Positions 13,101 through 24,100 of a DNA stretch of 64,000 bases are shown one piece after another. Within the stretch, counting starts at the first letter, position 1, and each line of letters starts with the position of its first letter. The notes beneath the pieces are model-generated. The model saw only the letters and a list, made by a program, of their open reading frames with translations. It did no database searches and was not told the DNA's origin. The DNA is from Proteromonas lacertae. Taxonomy: Eukaryota. The stretch spans positions 310,001 through 374,000 of the forward strand of contig NGBS01000003.1 of NCBI GenBank assembly GCA_002245135.1. Reading direction: 5' to 3'. Made by a program: the position numbers and the translations under genes.

Positions 13101-16100
13101 TATCACGTATATATTATTATTATTATTATTATTATATTAGAACCATCATCTATAACTGAATGGAATGTTACTTTATTATCATCAACATCACTTTACTTCT
13201 CTTGGTTAGTCAATGAAGTAGTATCATCGTATAATATCTCTTATATTAATGATAATAATAATAATGCTGTTGAAAAGATAAATACAGTTGATAATAACAT
13301 CACTATCAATGATCTTACACCCTGTAAATGTTATAATTTCTCACTTATAACAATCAATGATTTTGATATTTCACTTCCATCATATAAATATGTATGTTTA
13401 TATCCAATACCACAAAATGTAATGATTAATTATATAAAATATGGAGAGTATAATATCACATGGAAAGTTGAAGATTGTATAAAAGATGGTAGTATATTGT
13501 ATTATGAAATTCAAATCTATAATGAAATGAATGGTTTAATCAATACATTATATACCTACAATAGTGATGAATATATAGTAGTGAATGAGGAATATAGTTA
13601 TACAGCAATCTATGCAATTGTAAGAGGTTACAATGAAAGTAATTCAACAAGTTTTAGTGAATGGAGTAATATATTTACACTGCCAAAACGTATATATTAT
13701 TTATTATATTATTATATTAATATATAGTTCCGCCTAATCCTTATGATGTTGTTGCTGTATCTATTGAAGATAAAGGAGTAAATTTAACATGGAAATGTGA
13801 TTGTATGAATTGTAAATATTATATGCATATTTATAATGTTAAAACCAATATAAAATCATATTATACTATAATGAATGATAAATTAACAATGATGACTGGT
13901 TTAATATATAATGAAGTATATAAAATGAGTGTAATAGCTACAAATAATCATGGAAATAGTAGTGAAATATTTAGTAATGAAATATTATATCCAAAAGGAC
14001 CTCCTTCCATTCCTATTAATTTAAACTGTCCAATAACAACGAAGAATTCAATTACTTTACATTTTCTTGTTGAATATAATAATGGATATGATATAAGCAG
14101 ATGTGTTATCTACAATAACAATATAAACAAGAATAGAAGTTATATATTGAAAGAGATAAATAGTGAAATTATTACTCCAAATGTTGAAAATATAATTACA
14201 ATTTATCATTTACAGAAGAATTATACTTATAATATGAATATTGACTGTGAAAATCAGTTAGGATTTAGTGTAAAAAGTGATATAATTCAGTGTAAAACAT
14301 TAATACCAAATCCATTTAGAATTTATGATATTACATCTAACACTGGTAATTCGTATATCAATGTAGAATGGAAAGTAGAGAATTATTATGGTACTTTAAA
14401 CAATAGTATATGTTACAAGCCAAAATATATAAACGAAGAGATAAAATGTCTAACTAATATAGCCAATACAGAATATAACATTCAACAATTAACAAATGGT
14501 GTAATATATGATATAACAATAATCGCATCTAATGATTATGGTGAAATAAGCGAAGAAATGACAATTGTACTTCCAACAGTAGTAAAACCAAAGATTAATT
14601 ATGATTTAGATTATTATAGTTATGATATAGATGAAGATGTGAATATTATTCCATCTCAATTCAATTTTCCTCAATATTATAATTTAACAATAAATCCTTC
14701 TTTACCTAACTCATTATCAATTACACAAAATGGAAATATTAATGGAAAATGTTCTATTGGATTATTTCAGAGTTACATAGTAAAAATCAATACATTTATA
14801 CTAAGTGATGATTATGAAACTTCTTTAATAATACACTGTATCAAACATGTAATATTGAAATATCCAAGTAGCTATTGTATAGTAAGTGGATATTTCAGTA
14901 TTACTCCATCAATTGCTACTTATATCCCATATGATTCTTATACTATAAATCCTTCATTACCTTCCTGCTTGTCTTTTAATCAATTAAATGGAATAATTGA
15001 AGGGAAATGTGATAATACTGCTTCTTATCCTTATACACCTTATACAATTGTTGTATTTACTAATACAAATGAAATGAATTATACAGTGATAAATATTGAA
15101 GTGATTTCTTTATCTTTACCTTATTATATATATTCAAATTTAAATGATTTAGTATTAAGAGAGAATAGTACTGAAATATTGAGATTTGAATTATATAATA
15201 GAAATTTTACATTGATAAATAGTGAATATGAACCAATTGAATCAAGATTTATCATTTCATATGATAATTCAAGTGTTAATAAAGAATATACAAATATAAA
15301 GAGTAATAATGGAATAATAGAATTCCCAATTTATTTTGATAATTCTACCTTCTCCTGTTCAATGAAATTGATAATGAATATTCGATCAATAGGAAATATA
15401 GAATATAATATATACAATAAAACAATATTGCCATTAATAAACAAAGATAAATGTAAAATAATTGATAAGAATGAAGAATGTTGTGATGGTAAATTAGATA
15501 TTTGTGGAAAATGTAATGGAAATAATGATGAATGTGAAATGAAAATGAAATTAAAAATAGAAGGAAATTTGAAAGATGAAATAATATCTAATGAAGATGA
15601 ATATAGAGAGAAATTAAATCCAATAATCAATTCAATAATGAATAATCAATCATTACTATTATCTGATGGTTTAATAATATCAAATAATAGTTTATCAATT
15701 AATATATTTGAAATTCCTCACATTTCATTCATATTATCATTTTCCTTATTGAAAAGTAGTAATAATAATCGATTATTAGCAGAATCATTGAATGAATTAT
15801 ATGATGTTTCACTTCGAGATAAATCAATAAATAGAATCAGTGATTATTTATCACAAGAATTGAATAGAATATATGAAAATATAACAGTTGAAATATCTCA
15901 ACCAATAAGAATACTTCCTTTAGATCCATCAGTTATACCAACAGTTAATCCAACAACTAACACACCTACACCAGGTGGAACAGGTGGTAATATATCCGAA
16001 AGGATTATCTGAAGAAGCAGAAGCTGCAATTATTACACTTCTAGTCGTCTTAATACTTCTACTAATTTGTTGTACCTTTTTATGGTATTGGAATTATAAA

Positions 16101-17145
16101 CAAAATAGACAACCAACACATCCAAATGGATATAGTTTTCAATCAGTTACACTTCCACAATTTGCATTAAACTCCTCACCAAGACATCATACTGTTATTG
16201 TAGGAGAGACTGCTATTAAAAAGGAAGAGAGAAAAATAACTATTGATAGTGACAGTTTAGATGGTCATTTTGTAAGGATAAATAATAGCAATGTAAGTGA
16301 TTGTACAGGATATTTACAGATATTTAATTATCAAACAAAAATACCATGTTATCAATATACAGTATATATATATATATATTATTATTATTATTAGCCATGT
16401 TATTGTGTATTGAATAATGACTGTATAAAACTATTCAAATCTCATTTAAGTGAGAATATGTTAGATATAGGTCATAATATTTTAGGTTGTATTCATATAG
16501 AAGAAATAGATGGAGATGCAATATTATTAAATGATAGTCTTTGTTTTAAGATAAATATATTTGAACAAGCAACACATGATGCATTATATCATTCATTTGG
16601 TAAAGAATTGTTAAATTATCAATTCAAATGTCCTTCCCCAAAAGAGGCAAAAGAATGGGTTGAACATATTATTGAAGTTTGTCACTTATATAATGAAAAT
16701 GTATTAATATATTATTATTATAAAATAGAAAGTAATAACAAATAGCAGTAAACCCGAAGATATTAAGAAAAGAAATAAGAGAAAGTTATCCACTTCACGG
16801 TTTAAAGTTTCATTAACATCCAATCAGATTGAAGTATCTGAAGGAAGTGAAGAAAATAAAAGTGAAAATAATAATAATAATAATAAAGATGAAAATATTA
16901 GCCAAAAGAGTGGTAGTAATTCTGAAAATAAGAATGAAAATGTTTCAAATCTCTATTCAACTTATGTGAATAATGATAACATTAATAACAACATTTCATT
17001 GCCTAATACTCATTTAACTCAGTCATTTATTCCTTCTGATGATCCACTACCTGATAGTCATACTCCGTTGATACAGAGATCAAAACCAATTAATTTAGAT
17101 CCAAATTCTACAATGATGCCTCTCTTAAGTCCTAGTAGTAAATAA
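10199..17145 (+). CDS. FN3-repeat single-pass receptor with cytoplasmic PH-like domain (paralogue A)
   Basis: Signal peptide MNYLFITLLLLFIT. Many FN3 repeats (WNEPYDGGS, PYDNGDEIT..Y). Cys-rich DICGKCNGNNDEC. TM AAIITLLVVLILLLICCTFLWYW. PH-like end YQFKCPSPKEAKEWVEHI. Multi-exon; frameshifts near 10790, 12640 and 16000. Confidence 0.8.
13720..14030. repeat. Inverted repeat block 1, near-identical to 23648-23958
   Basis: atatatagttccgcctaatcc...aatttaaactgtc matches the reverse complement of 23648-23958 with few substitutions. Confidence 0.9.
15116..15992. repeat. Inverted repeat block 2, near-identical to about 21701-22574
   Basis: Both genes encode an almost identical LPYYIYSNLNDLVLRENSTE...TNTPTPG. 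The antisense ORFs 15331-15630 and 22060-22359 are identical. Confidence 0.9.
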
Positions 17146-17422
17146 ATATGTTTTGAATAATTGTTAATGTATAATATAAACATTTTTAATGGATTGATTT
17201 TCAAATGTTAATGTGTAAATTATTACTCTAATATGTAGGGTTACGGAATCTTTTCTAATAAAATGAAAATATAACCAAATATCCCTATGTAAATACATCT
17301 AACATTTGATTTTAGTTATGTAAATACTATCTATATAAGCCAATAAAATTGTGACATTTATCCCAATTAATACAATCTTCTATTTTTTGATATTTCTGGG
17401 TTAAATCGTAAGATATAGAACA

Positions 17423-18340
17423 ATGAATTTAGAAACAGATGGAGGTTATGATGATATATTCGACCGAGAAGTTTTAGAATATCAACAAAGAAGCAATTCA
17501 TATTTTGATGATAATAGTGAGGATGACTTTTTATCATTTTCAATTTCACCTTATTCACAAAATAATACATTAATTGAAGAGTGTAGCATATATGAAATTC
17601 AAACCCTTCCATTTTGTGATTTTAGCAGTAGCAAAGATGATGGATCAGATTTAATACAATATTACAATTCAATTGGTGATGCAAATGCAATTGAATCACT
17701 TAAAAGTGACGCAAATATGCAATTGTCAAATACTGATGAAGCAAGTGAAGCAAATGAATCAACTAAAGCAAATGAAGTAAGTGATGCAATTTATCCAGAG
17801 GTAGATGTGAATAATTCCATTCCAACAGTATTAACAATGGAAGATGTAGAAATGGTAAGTGAATATTATAATGCAACTGCAACAAAGAGAAATAGATCAT
17901 GTCAGAGGTGGGTTACTGAGTATCCTGATGGCAAAAAGATTAAAGAGGTGAAAGATTTAACTGAAGAAGATATTGCAAAATATAAACAATTAGAAAGAAT
18001 TCTACTTCACTGTAGTTGTTGTGGAAAAGATAAAAGTATTATCAGTGTGTATAAAGTTGATGGGACTGAAATATGGTGTGAAGAATGTGTAAAAGATAAT
18101 AGAGTAGATTTGACTAGATTAAAATGTGATTTATATGAGGAATTAGGTTTTCCTGAAGGTGAAACACTATATAAATGTGATAGACTTCATCATTGTAAAC
18201 CTAAATGCAGTTTTATCAAACATAATGAGAAAAATAATACATACAGAATAGTGACAAATTGTATTTTTTGTAGAAATTACAAAGCTCAAGAAAATTTTCT
18301 AAAGCATCATAGAAAGAATTTAAACGCAATTCATAATTAA
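17423..18340 (+). CDS. Intronless protein, acidic N-terminus plus C-terminal Cys-rich putative Zn-binding domain (copy 1 of 3)
   Basis: 305-aa ORF with CSCCGK..VYKVDG..WCEEC..LTRLK..LYKCDRLHHCKP..FIK..TNCIFCRNYK. Confidence 0.8.
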   Translation: MNLETDGGYDDIFDREVLEYQQRSNSYFDDNSEDDFLSFSISPYSQNNTLIEECSIYEIQTLPFCDFSSSKDDGSDLIQYYNSIGDANAIESLKSDANMQLSNTDEASEANESTKANEVSDAIYPEVDVNNSIPTVLTMEDVEMVSEYYNATATKRNRSCQRWVTEYPDGKKIKEVKDLTEEDIAKYKQLERILLHCSCCGKDKSIISVYKVDGTEIWCEECVKDNRVDLTRLKCDLYEELGFPEGETLYKCDRLHHCKPKCSFIKHNEKNNTYRIVTNCIFCRNYKAQENFLKHHRKNLNAIHN

Positions 18341-18676
18341 ACAATTCATATATTATTTTATATACAATATGCTAGTAGGGAAATAATTGTTTGTTTGGAA
18401 TTCATAATATATATTTTAGTATCTTCTAAATTTGTTAAACCTTCTTTCATTACATTCAACTGTTCTAGTTAAGTCTGCTATAATAGTAAATTTAACATTT
18501 ATTTGCCTATTATCATTAGCAATCTACAACATAAAGTTGTTAATTAGATATGATGATGGATATTTCCTCTATGTAAATAGTGAAGTGTAACGATAAAATT
18601 TGTTATTCATTTGATTGGCTAATTTTGTTAATCAAATTATTATTGAATAAAGGTAGAAGCAAAGCTGCCCCACACG

Positions 18677-19681
18677 ATGGACTGTTATGAGTTTGATGCA
18701 AACGACGATTTCTTTAGTTTTCCTGATTTAAGTACAGTTTCAAGCAAAAATCAAAATAATGTGGAAGATTTTGAGATGGGAAGATACACAGATGAGGGAA
18801 TAATCAATTTACCGTTTGGTTATGATTTTGTTAATGACATTGGTGAAATTGAAAGCTATAATTGTAATCTCATATCACCTATAGACCAAAACGATAATGA
18901 AAATGGATATAACGCTGTGCCAGTAAGAGAAGAAGACGTTATATTAGGAAATGAAGCGATGTATGGACATAACGATAATGAAGCTTTTACTGCTTCATTT
19001 TCTTATTTACAATATTCAAATGCAAGTGAATCATGTGAAATGAAAGCAAATATGCAAGTTTCATCTTACATTAAAGCAAATGAAGAATATGAAGCAAGAA
19101 AAGCAATATCTTCAACAGTAGATAGATTAATCGATGTTCCTCCACTATTACCACCAGTATCATTGATGGAAAGTCATTCATGTGAAGGTAAGAAAAAACG
19201 CAAGTATAAATATACTGAATCATCAACAACAGAATCACCAAAATCTAAAAAGCAAAGATCTTGTAGAAGCATTAACAGTAAATATCGTAACGGAGATAAT
19301 TTAGATAAGAATATGGAAATACCTGAAGAAGATATTGAAAGATTTAAAGAATTAGAAAATACTTTACTCCCATGTTGTTGTTGTGGTAAATATGTGAGTA
19401 TTTTTAAAGTATATAAAGTTGATGGAATAGATATGTGGTGTGATAAATGTGTAAAAGATGAAAGAGTTGATTTAATCAGATTAAAATATGATATATTTGA
19501 GGATTATAATTATAAAGATGAGAAATTATATAAATGTGAAAGACTTGAACATGCTAGACCATTATGGTGTTTTATAAAGCATATGAAAAAGAATGATTCC
19601 TACGAAATAAAGACAAATTGTTTATTTTGTAGAAATTACAAATCTCAAGAAAGTCATCTTAAGAATCACAAAAGACCTTAA
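18677..19681 (+). CDS. Intronless Cys-rich domain protein (copy 2 of 3)
   Basis: 334-aa ORF with the same C-terminal motif set; basic NLS-like KKKRKYK. Confidence 0.8.
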   Translation: MDCYEFDANDDFFSFPDLSTVSSKNQNNVEDFEMGRYTDEGIINLPFGYDFVNDIGEIESYNCNLISPIDQNDNENGYNAVPVREEDVILGNEAMYGHNDNEAFTASFSYLQYSNASESCEMKANMQVSSYIKANEEYEARKAISSTVDRLIDVPPLLPPVSLMESHSCEGKKKRKYKYTESSTTESPKSKKQRSCRSINSKYRNGDNLDKNMEIPEEDIERFKELENTLLPCCCCGKYVSIFKVYKVDGIDMWCDKCVKDERVDLIRLKYDIFEDYNYKDEKLYKCERLEHARPLWCFIKHMKKNDSYEIKTNCLFCRNYKSQESHLKNHKRP

Positions 19682-19900
19682 ACGCTATTCGAAAGAATAA
19701 GCTAATTAACATATAAAATTATATTTGCAAGACGCTAATAAGCAATAAATTGTTTGTAGGGATAATGTAAATAAAGCAAAACATATAATATGTATAATTG
19801 TATGTAAAAACAAAAAATTGGGTTTGTGTAAATATTATATTTACATACAGAAAAAAAACGAATTAATTTTTGGATCGTTTTTTTTTTTTTTTTTTTTAAC

Positions 19901-20920
19901 ATGAATTTAGACAATAATACACCACGTAAAGATGATAATTGTGGTAGATTTGTAGAACTAACATATATATATCCAACAGAAGAAAATACAGTTAATGTCG
20001 TCACTAAAGCAGAAGATTTAAGAAATAAAAACCAAAAAGCAGTATATAATCAAATGTTAGAAGATTATAAAACACTTCTAAGTTATACTTTATCGCAGTT
20101 TATATTTCAGACAACTTTTCCGTTTCTATTACCTCAGATAGATAAAATTGATGATAATTACATGAACATACTATCAAGTTATTATATTAATCAATTTGAA
20201 AGAGGTATAGAAGGTAAATTGAAGAATGACAATATTAATACTTCAAAATTTGATAATAATGCAAGTGATGCAAATATAGTCAATGCAAATTATACAAATT
20301 ATAGCGAGATTATGCAAAATCAGAAGAATAATCAAGCAATAAAAATACAACAAAAAATAAATGCAAAAGAAACACAAAATAAACAAGAAGAAATGTCCAA
20401 CATTCAAAAGGTAACAAAAGAAAATAGTAATAAACGAAAACATGAAAATTTTGAAACAACAATAACAGCAGTTAAGTTGAAAAGAACAAAAACATGTAAG
20501 AGTATTAAGAGTAGATATCCACATGGAGAAAGAATAGATGTAAATATGAAAGTAACAAATGAAGAGGAAATAAAATATAGAGAATTTATGAACAATTCAA
20601 ACAATTCAAGAGAATGTCACTATTGCAAAAGAATTATAAATAAGTTAGATGCATTAATAGTTGATGGAACTTATATTTGTTGTGAAATTTGTGCCAAAAA
20701 TGAGTTTAATTTAAATAGATTGAAATTTGATATTGCAGAGAATGAAAACTTTGAAGGATTGAAATTATATAAATGTCAAAGGCTTGAACATGCAAGACCT
20801 TTATACTATTTTATAAAATTCAGTAAAAGAGAAAATAAATATAGATTTGTTACGAATTGCAAATATTGTCGATTATACAAAGCTGTAGAATATGCAAAAC
20901 TCAAAAACAACAAAAAGTAA
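19901..20920 (+). CDS. Intronless Cys-rich domain protein (copy 3 of 3)
   Basis: 339-aa ORF with CHYCK..VDG..CCEIC..LNRLK..LYKCQRLEHARP..FIK..TNCKYCRLYK; N/Q-rich N-terminus. Confidence 0.8.
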   Translation: MNLDNNTPRKDDNCGRFVELTYIYPTEENTVNVVTKAEDLRNKNQKAVYNQMLEDYKTLLSYTLSQFIFQTTFPFLLPQIDKIDDNYMNILSSYYINQFERGIEGKLKNDNINTSKFDNNASDANIVNANYTNYSEIMQNQKNNQAIKIQQKINAKETQNKQEEMSNIQKVTKENSNKRKHENFETTITAVKLKRTKTCKSIKSRYPHGERIDVNMKVTNEEEIKYREFMNNSNNSRECHYCKRIINKLDALIVDGTYICCEICAKNEFNLNRLKFDIAENENFEGLKLYKCQRLEHARPLYYFIKFSKRENKYRFVTNCKYCRLYKAVEYAKLKNNKK

Positions 20921-21131
20921 AGGAAGAAAAAATTATAAAAGAGAAAAATTAATTCAATATATTTCTTTATAAATTGTTTTTTATAATTCCATATTAACTC
21001 TTCATTTCCTAAAAAAGGATATTTAATTTTGAAAAGCTGTTTTGCTATTATCATTATAAAATAGTGTATTTGATATTTTGCATAATAATATTTAATCAAT
21101 TACTTTTAATTAAAATAAAAAACAAATTCAA

Positions 21132-24100
21132 TTATACTTTTGATAAATGATGTATATGAGGTTTGGTTGTTTTCATTAATGATATTCTCTTCTCATTCAA
21201 CACTCTAATCCACTCCAAAGCAGTCTCTTTACTAAAAGCCTGGAATTTATAATAAGAATAATCATATATATATTCTCTAAGTAACAAATCAGAATGATTA
21301 CTTTTCATCCATATTTGAAATGCAAATGGTTCATCATGACTAAAATATGATCTAACTTCATTCACATTATTTAAATTAATTGCACCAGGGATAGAACCAG
21401 GGAAATCTAAATAACCTCTTGTAGTTAATCTACAGTGTATTAATTTATAAGGTCCTTGTCCATAGTTAGGTTTAGGAGTATATATCTGTAAATCACCTTC
21501 TTTTATAACACTACCATCATAGTAATGTCCATCTATTCCATTATCATATCTATACACTGAATTGTAGTTACGATTACAGCTTAAATCTAAATTATGATAT
21601 TTCTTTAAATAGAAGAGTAGTAGTAATAACATTATGATGAAAAATACAATAACAAAGAATGCTATTAATCCTTTTCCTGTTGAAGATAATCCTTCTGACT
21701 TATTACCACCTGTTTCACCTGGTGTAGGTGTGTTGGTTGTTGGATTAACTGTTGGTATAACTGATGGATCTAAAGGAAGTATTCTTATTGGTTGAGATAT
21801 TTCAACTGTTATATTTTCATATATTCTATTCAATTCTTGTGATAAATAATCACTGATTCTATTTATTGATTTATCTCGAAGTGAAACATCATATAATTCA
21901 TTCAATGATTCTGATAATAATCGATTATTATTACTTTTCAATAAGGAAAATGATAATATGAATGAAATGTGAGGAATTTCAAATATATTAATTGATAAAC
22001 TATTATTCGATATTATTAAACCATCAGATAATAGTAATGATTGATTATTCATTATTGAATTGATTATTGGATTTAATTTCTCTCTATATTCATCTTCATT
22101 AGATATTATTTCATCTTTCAAATTTCCTTCTATTTTTAATTTCATTTTCATTTCACATTCATCATTATTTCCATTACATTTTCCACAAATATCTAATTTA
22201 CCATCACAACATTCTTCATTCTTATCAATTATTTTACATTTATCTTTGTTTATTAATGGCAATATTGTTTTATTGTATATATTATATTCTATATTTCCTA
22301 TTGATCGAATATTCATTATCAATTTCATTGAACAGGAGAAGGTAGAATTATCAAAATAAATTGGGAATTCTATTATTCCATTATTACTCTTTATATTTGT
22401 ATATTCTTTATTAATACTTGAATTATCATATGAAATGATAAATCTTGATTCAATTGGTTCATATTCACTACTTATCAATGTAAAATTTCTATTATATAAT
22501 TCAAATCTCAATATTTCAGTACTATTCTCTCTTAATACTAAATCATTTAAATTTGAATATATATAATAAGGTAATCCAAGTGATATAATCTCAAATCCAA
22601 AATTGGTAAAATTCATTTCACTTGTATTAGTAAATACAACAATTGTATATTTCTCATAAGCCATTATTTCATTACAATTACCTTCAATAATTCCATTTGA
22701 CTGATTAAAAGACAAACAGGAAGGTAATGGTGGATTAATAGTATAATCATAAAATGGAGCATTCTTAATATACTTTGGATTTATATAAACATAGCCAGGT
22801 GTAAATATATATGCTATTTTATATTGAAGTATAATCTCTTTTAATATATGTAATATAATACTTTGAGATAATACTGATTGAATAGTAGAAAGTTTTATTA
22901 TATGACTATGTAAATATGAAGAAGATGATTTACCATATATTGAACCATTTATATAACTAAAAGAAATATCTCCAGGTAGATAATCGAGTGGTGAAAATGA
23001 GAGATTATAATTATTAGTAGTTATTTCTATTTCTTTAGGGTTTATCATTAAATCATCATTCACATCAAATTTATTGTAATTTGGCTCATATACTAACTTT
23101 ACTTCAAATATCCTTGTTTTTACATTGTTAATATCTTTTGAAACTTCACCATATTGATCTACTGCAGTAATTCTAATGTTATAATAATATCCACTCAATA
23201 AACCAGTAATATTGTAATACTTATTAGAATTACTGTTGTCATTATTACATATCATTTCATTATCTAACTGTGCATTTTTCCAACAGATAATATAATGAAT
23301 ATTTCCATAATAACTATCAATACTCCATTCAATATTGATCCATGTATAACCACTAGTTGTAATTACATTATATATTTCAGAAGGTTTTGGTATCTTTGTT
23401 TTACACTCAACTGGATTACTTTTTCCACTAAATCCAACATTGTTTTGACATTCTACACTAACATAATATGTCTTATTCCCTTCTAAATCAATAATATCAA
23501 TAAAACTATTTGAATTTTGTGTATTATTGACAATATAATATTCATCATTTTCTTCATCCAATAGATATACATCACAATTCGTTATTTCATATCCATTATT
23601 GTTAGATAATAACCATCTTAACGATAGTGAATCATCATTGAGACTTTGACAGTTTAAATTAATAGGAATGGAAGGAGGTCCTTTTGGATATAATATTTCA
23701 TTACTAAATATTTCACTACTATTTCCATGATTATTTGTAGCTATTACACTCATTTTATATACTTCATTATATATTAAACCAGTTATCATTGTTAATTTAT
23801 CATTCATTATAGTGTAATATGATTTTATATTGGTTTTAACATCATAAATATGTATATAATATTTACAATTCATACAATCACATTTCCATGTTAAATTTAC
23901 TCCTTTATCTTCAATAGATACAGCAACAACATCATAAGGATTAGGCGGAACTATATATGAAAATAATAATATATTATTATACCATCAATAATGTCTATTA
24001 CATTACTCCATTCACTAAAACTACTGTTATAATAATTACTATATTGTGATCTTATATGACTTTTAGCTCTAAACTCATTATTATTGGATGGTATTTGTAC

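Noticed and set aside
15331..22359. Identical 99-aa ORFs at 15331-15630 (-) and 22060-22359 (+)
   Set aside because: Antisense shadows of the duplicated receptor block; the same applies to 42930-43154 and 52801-53025.
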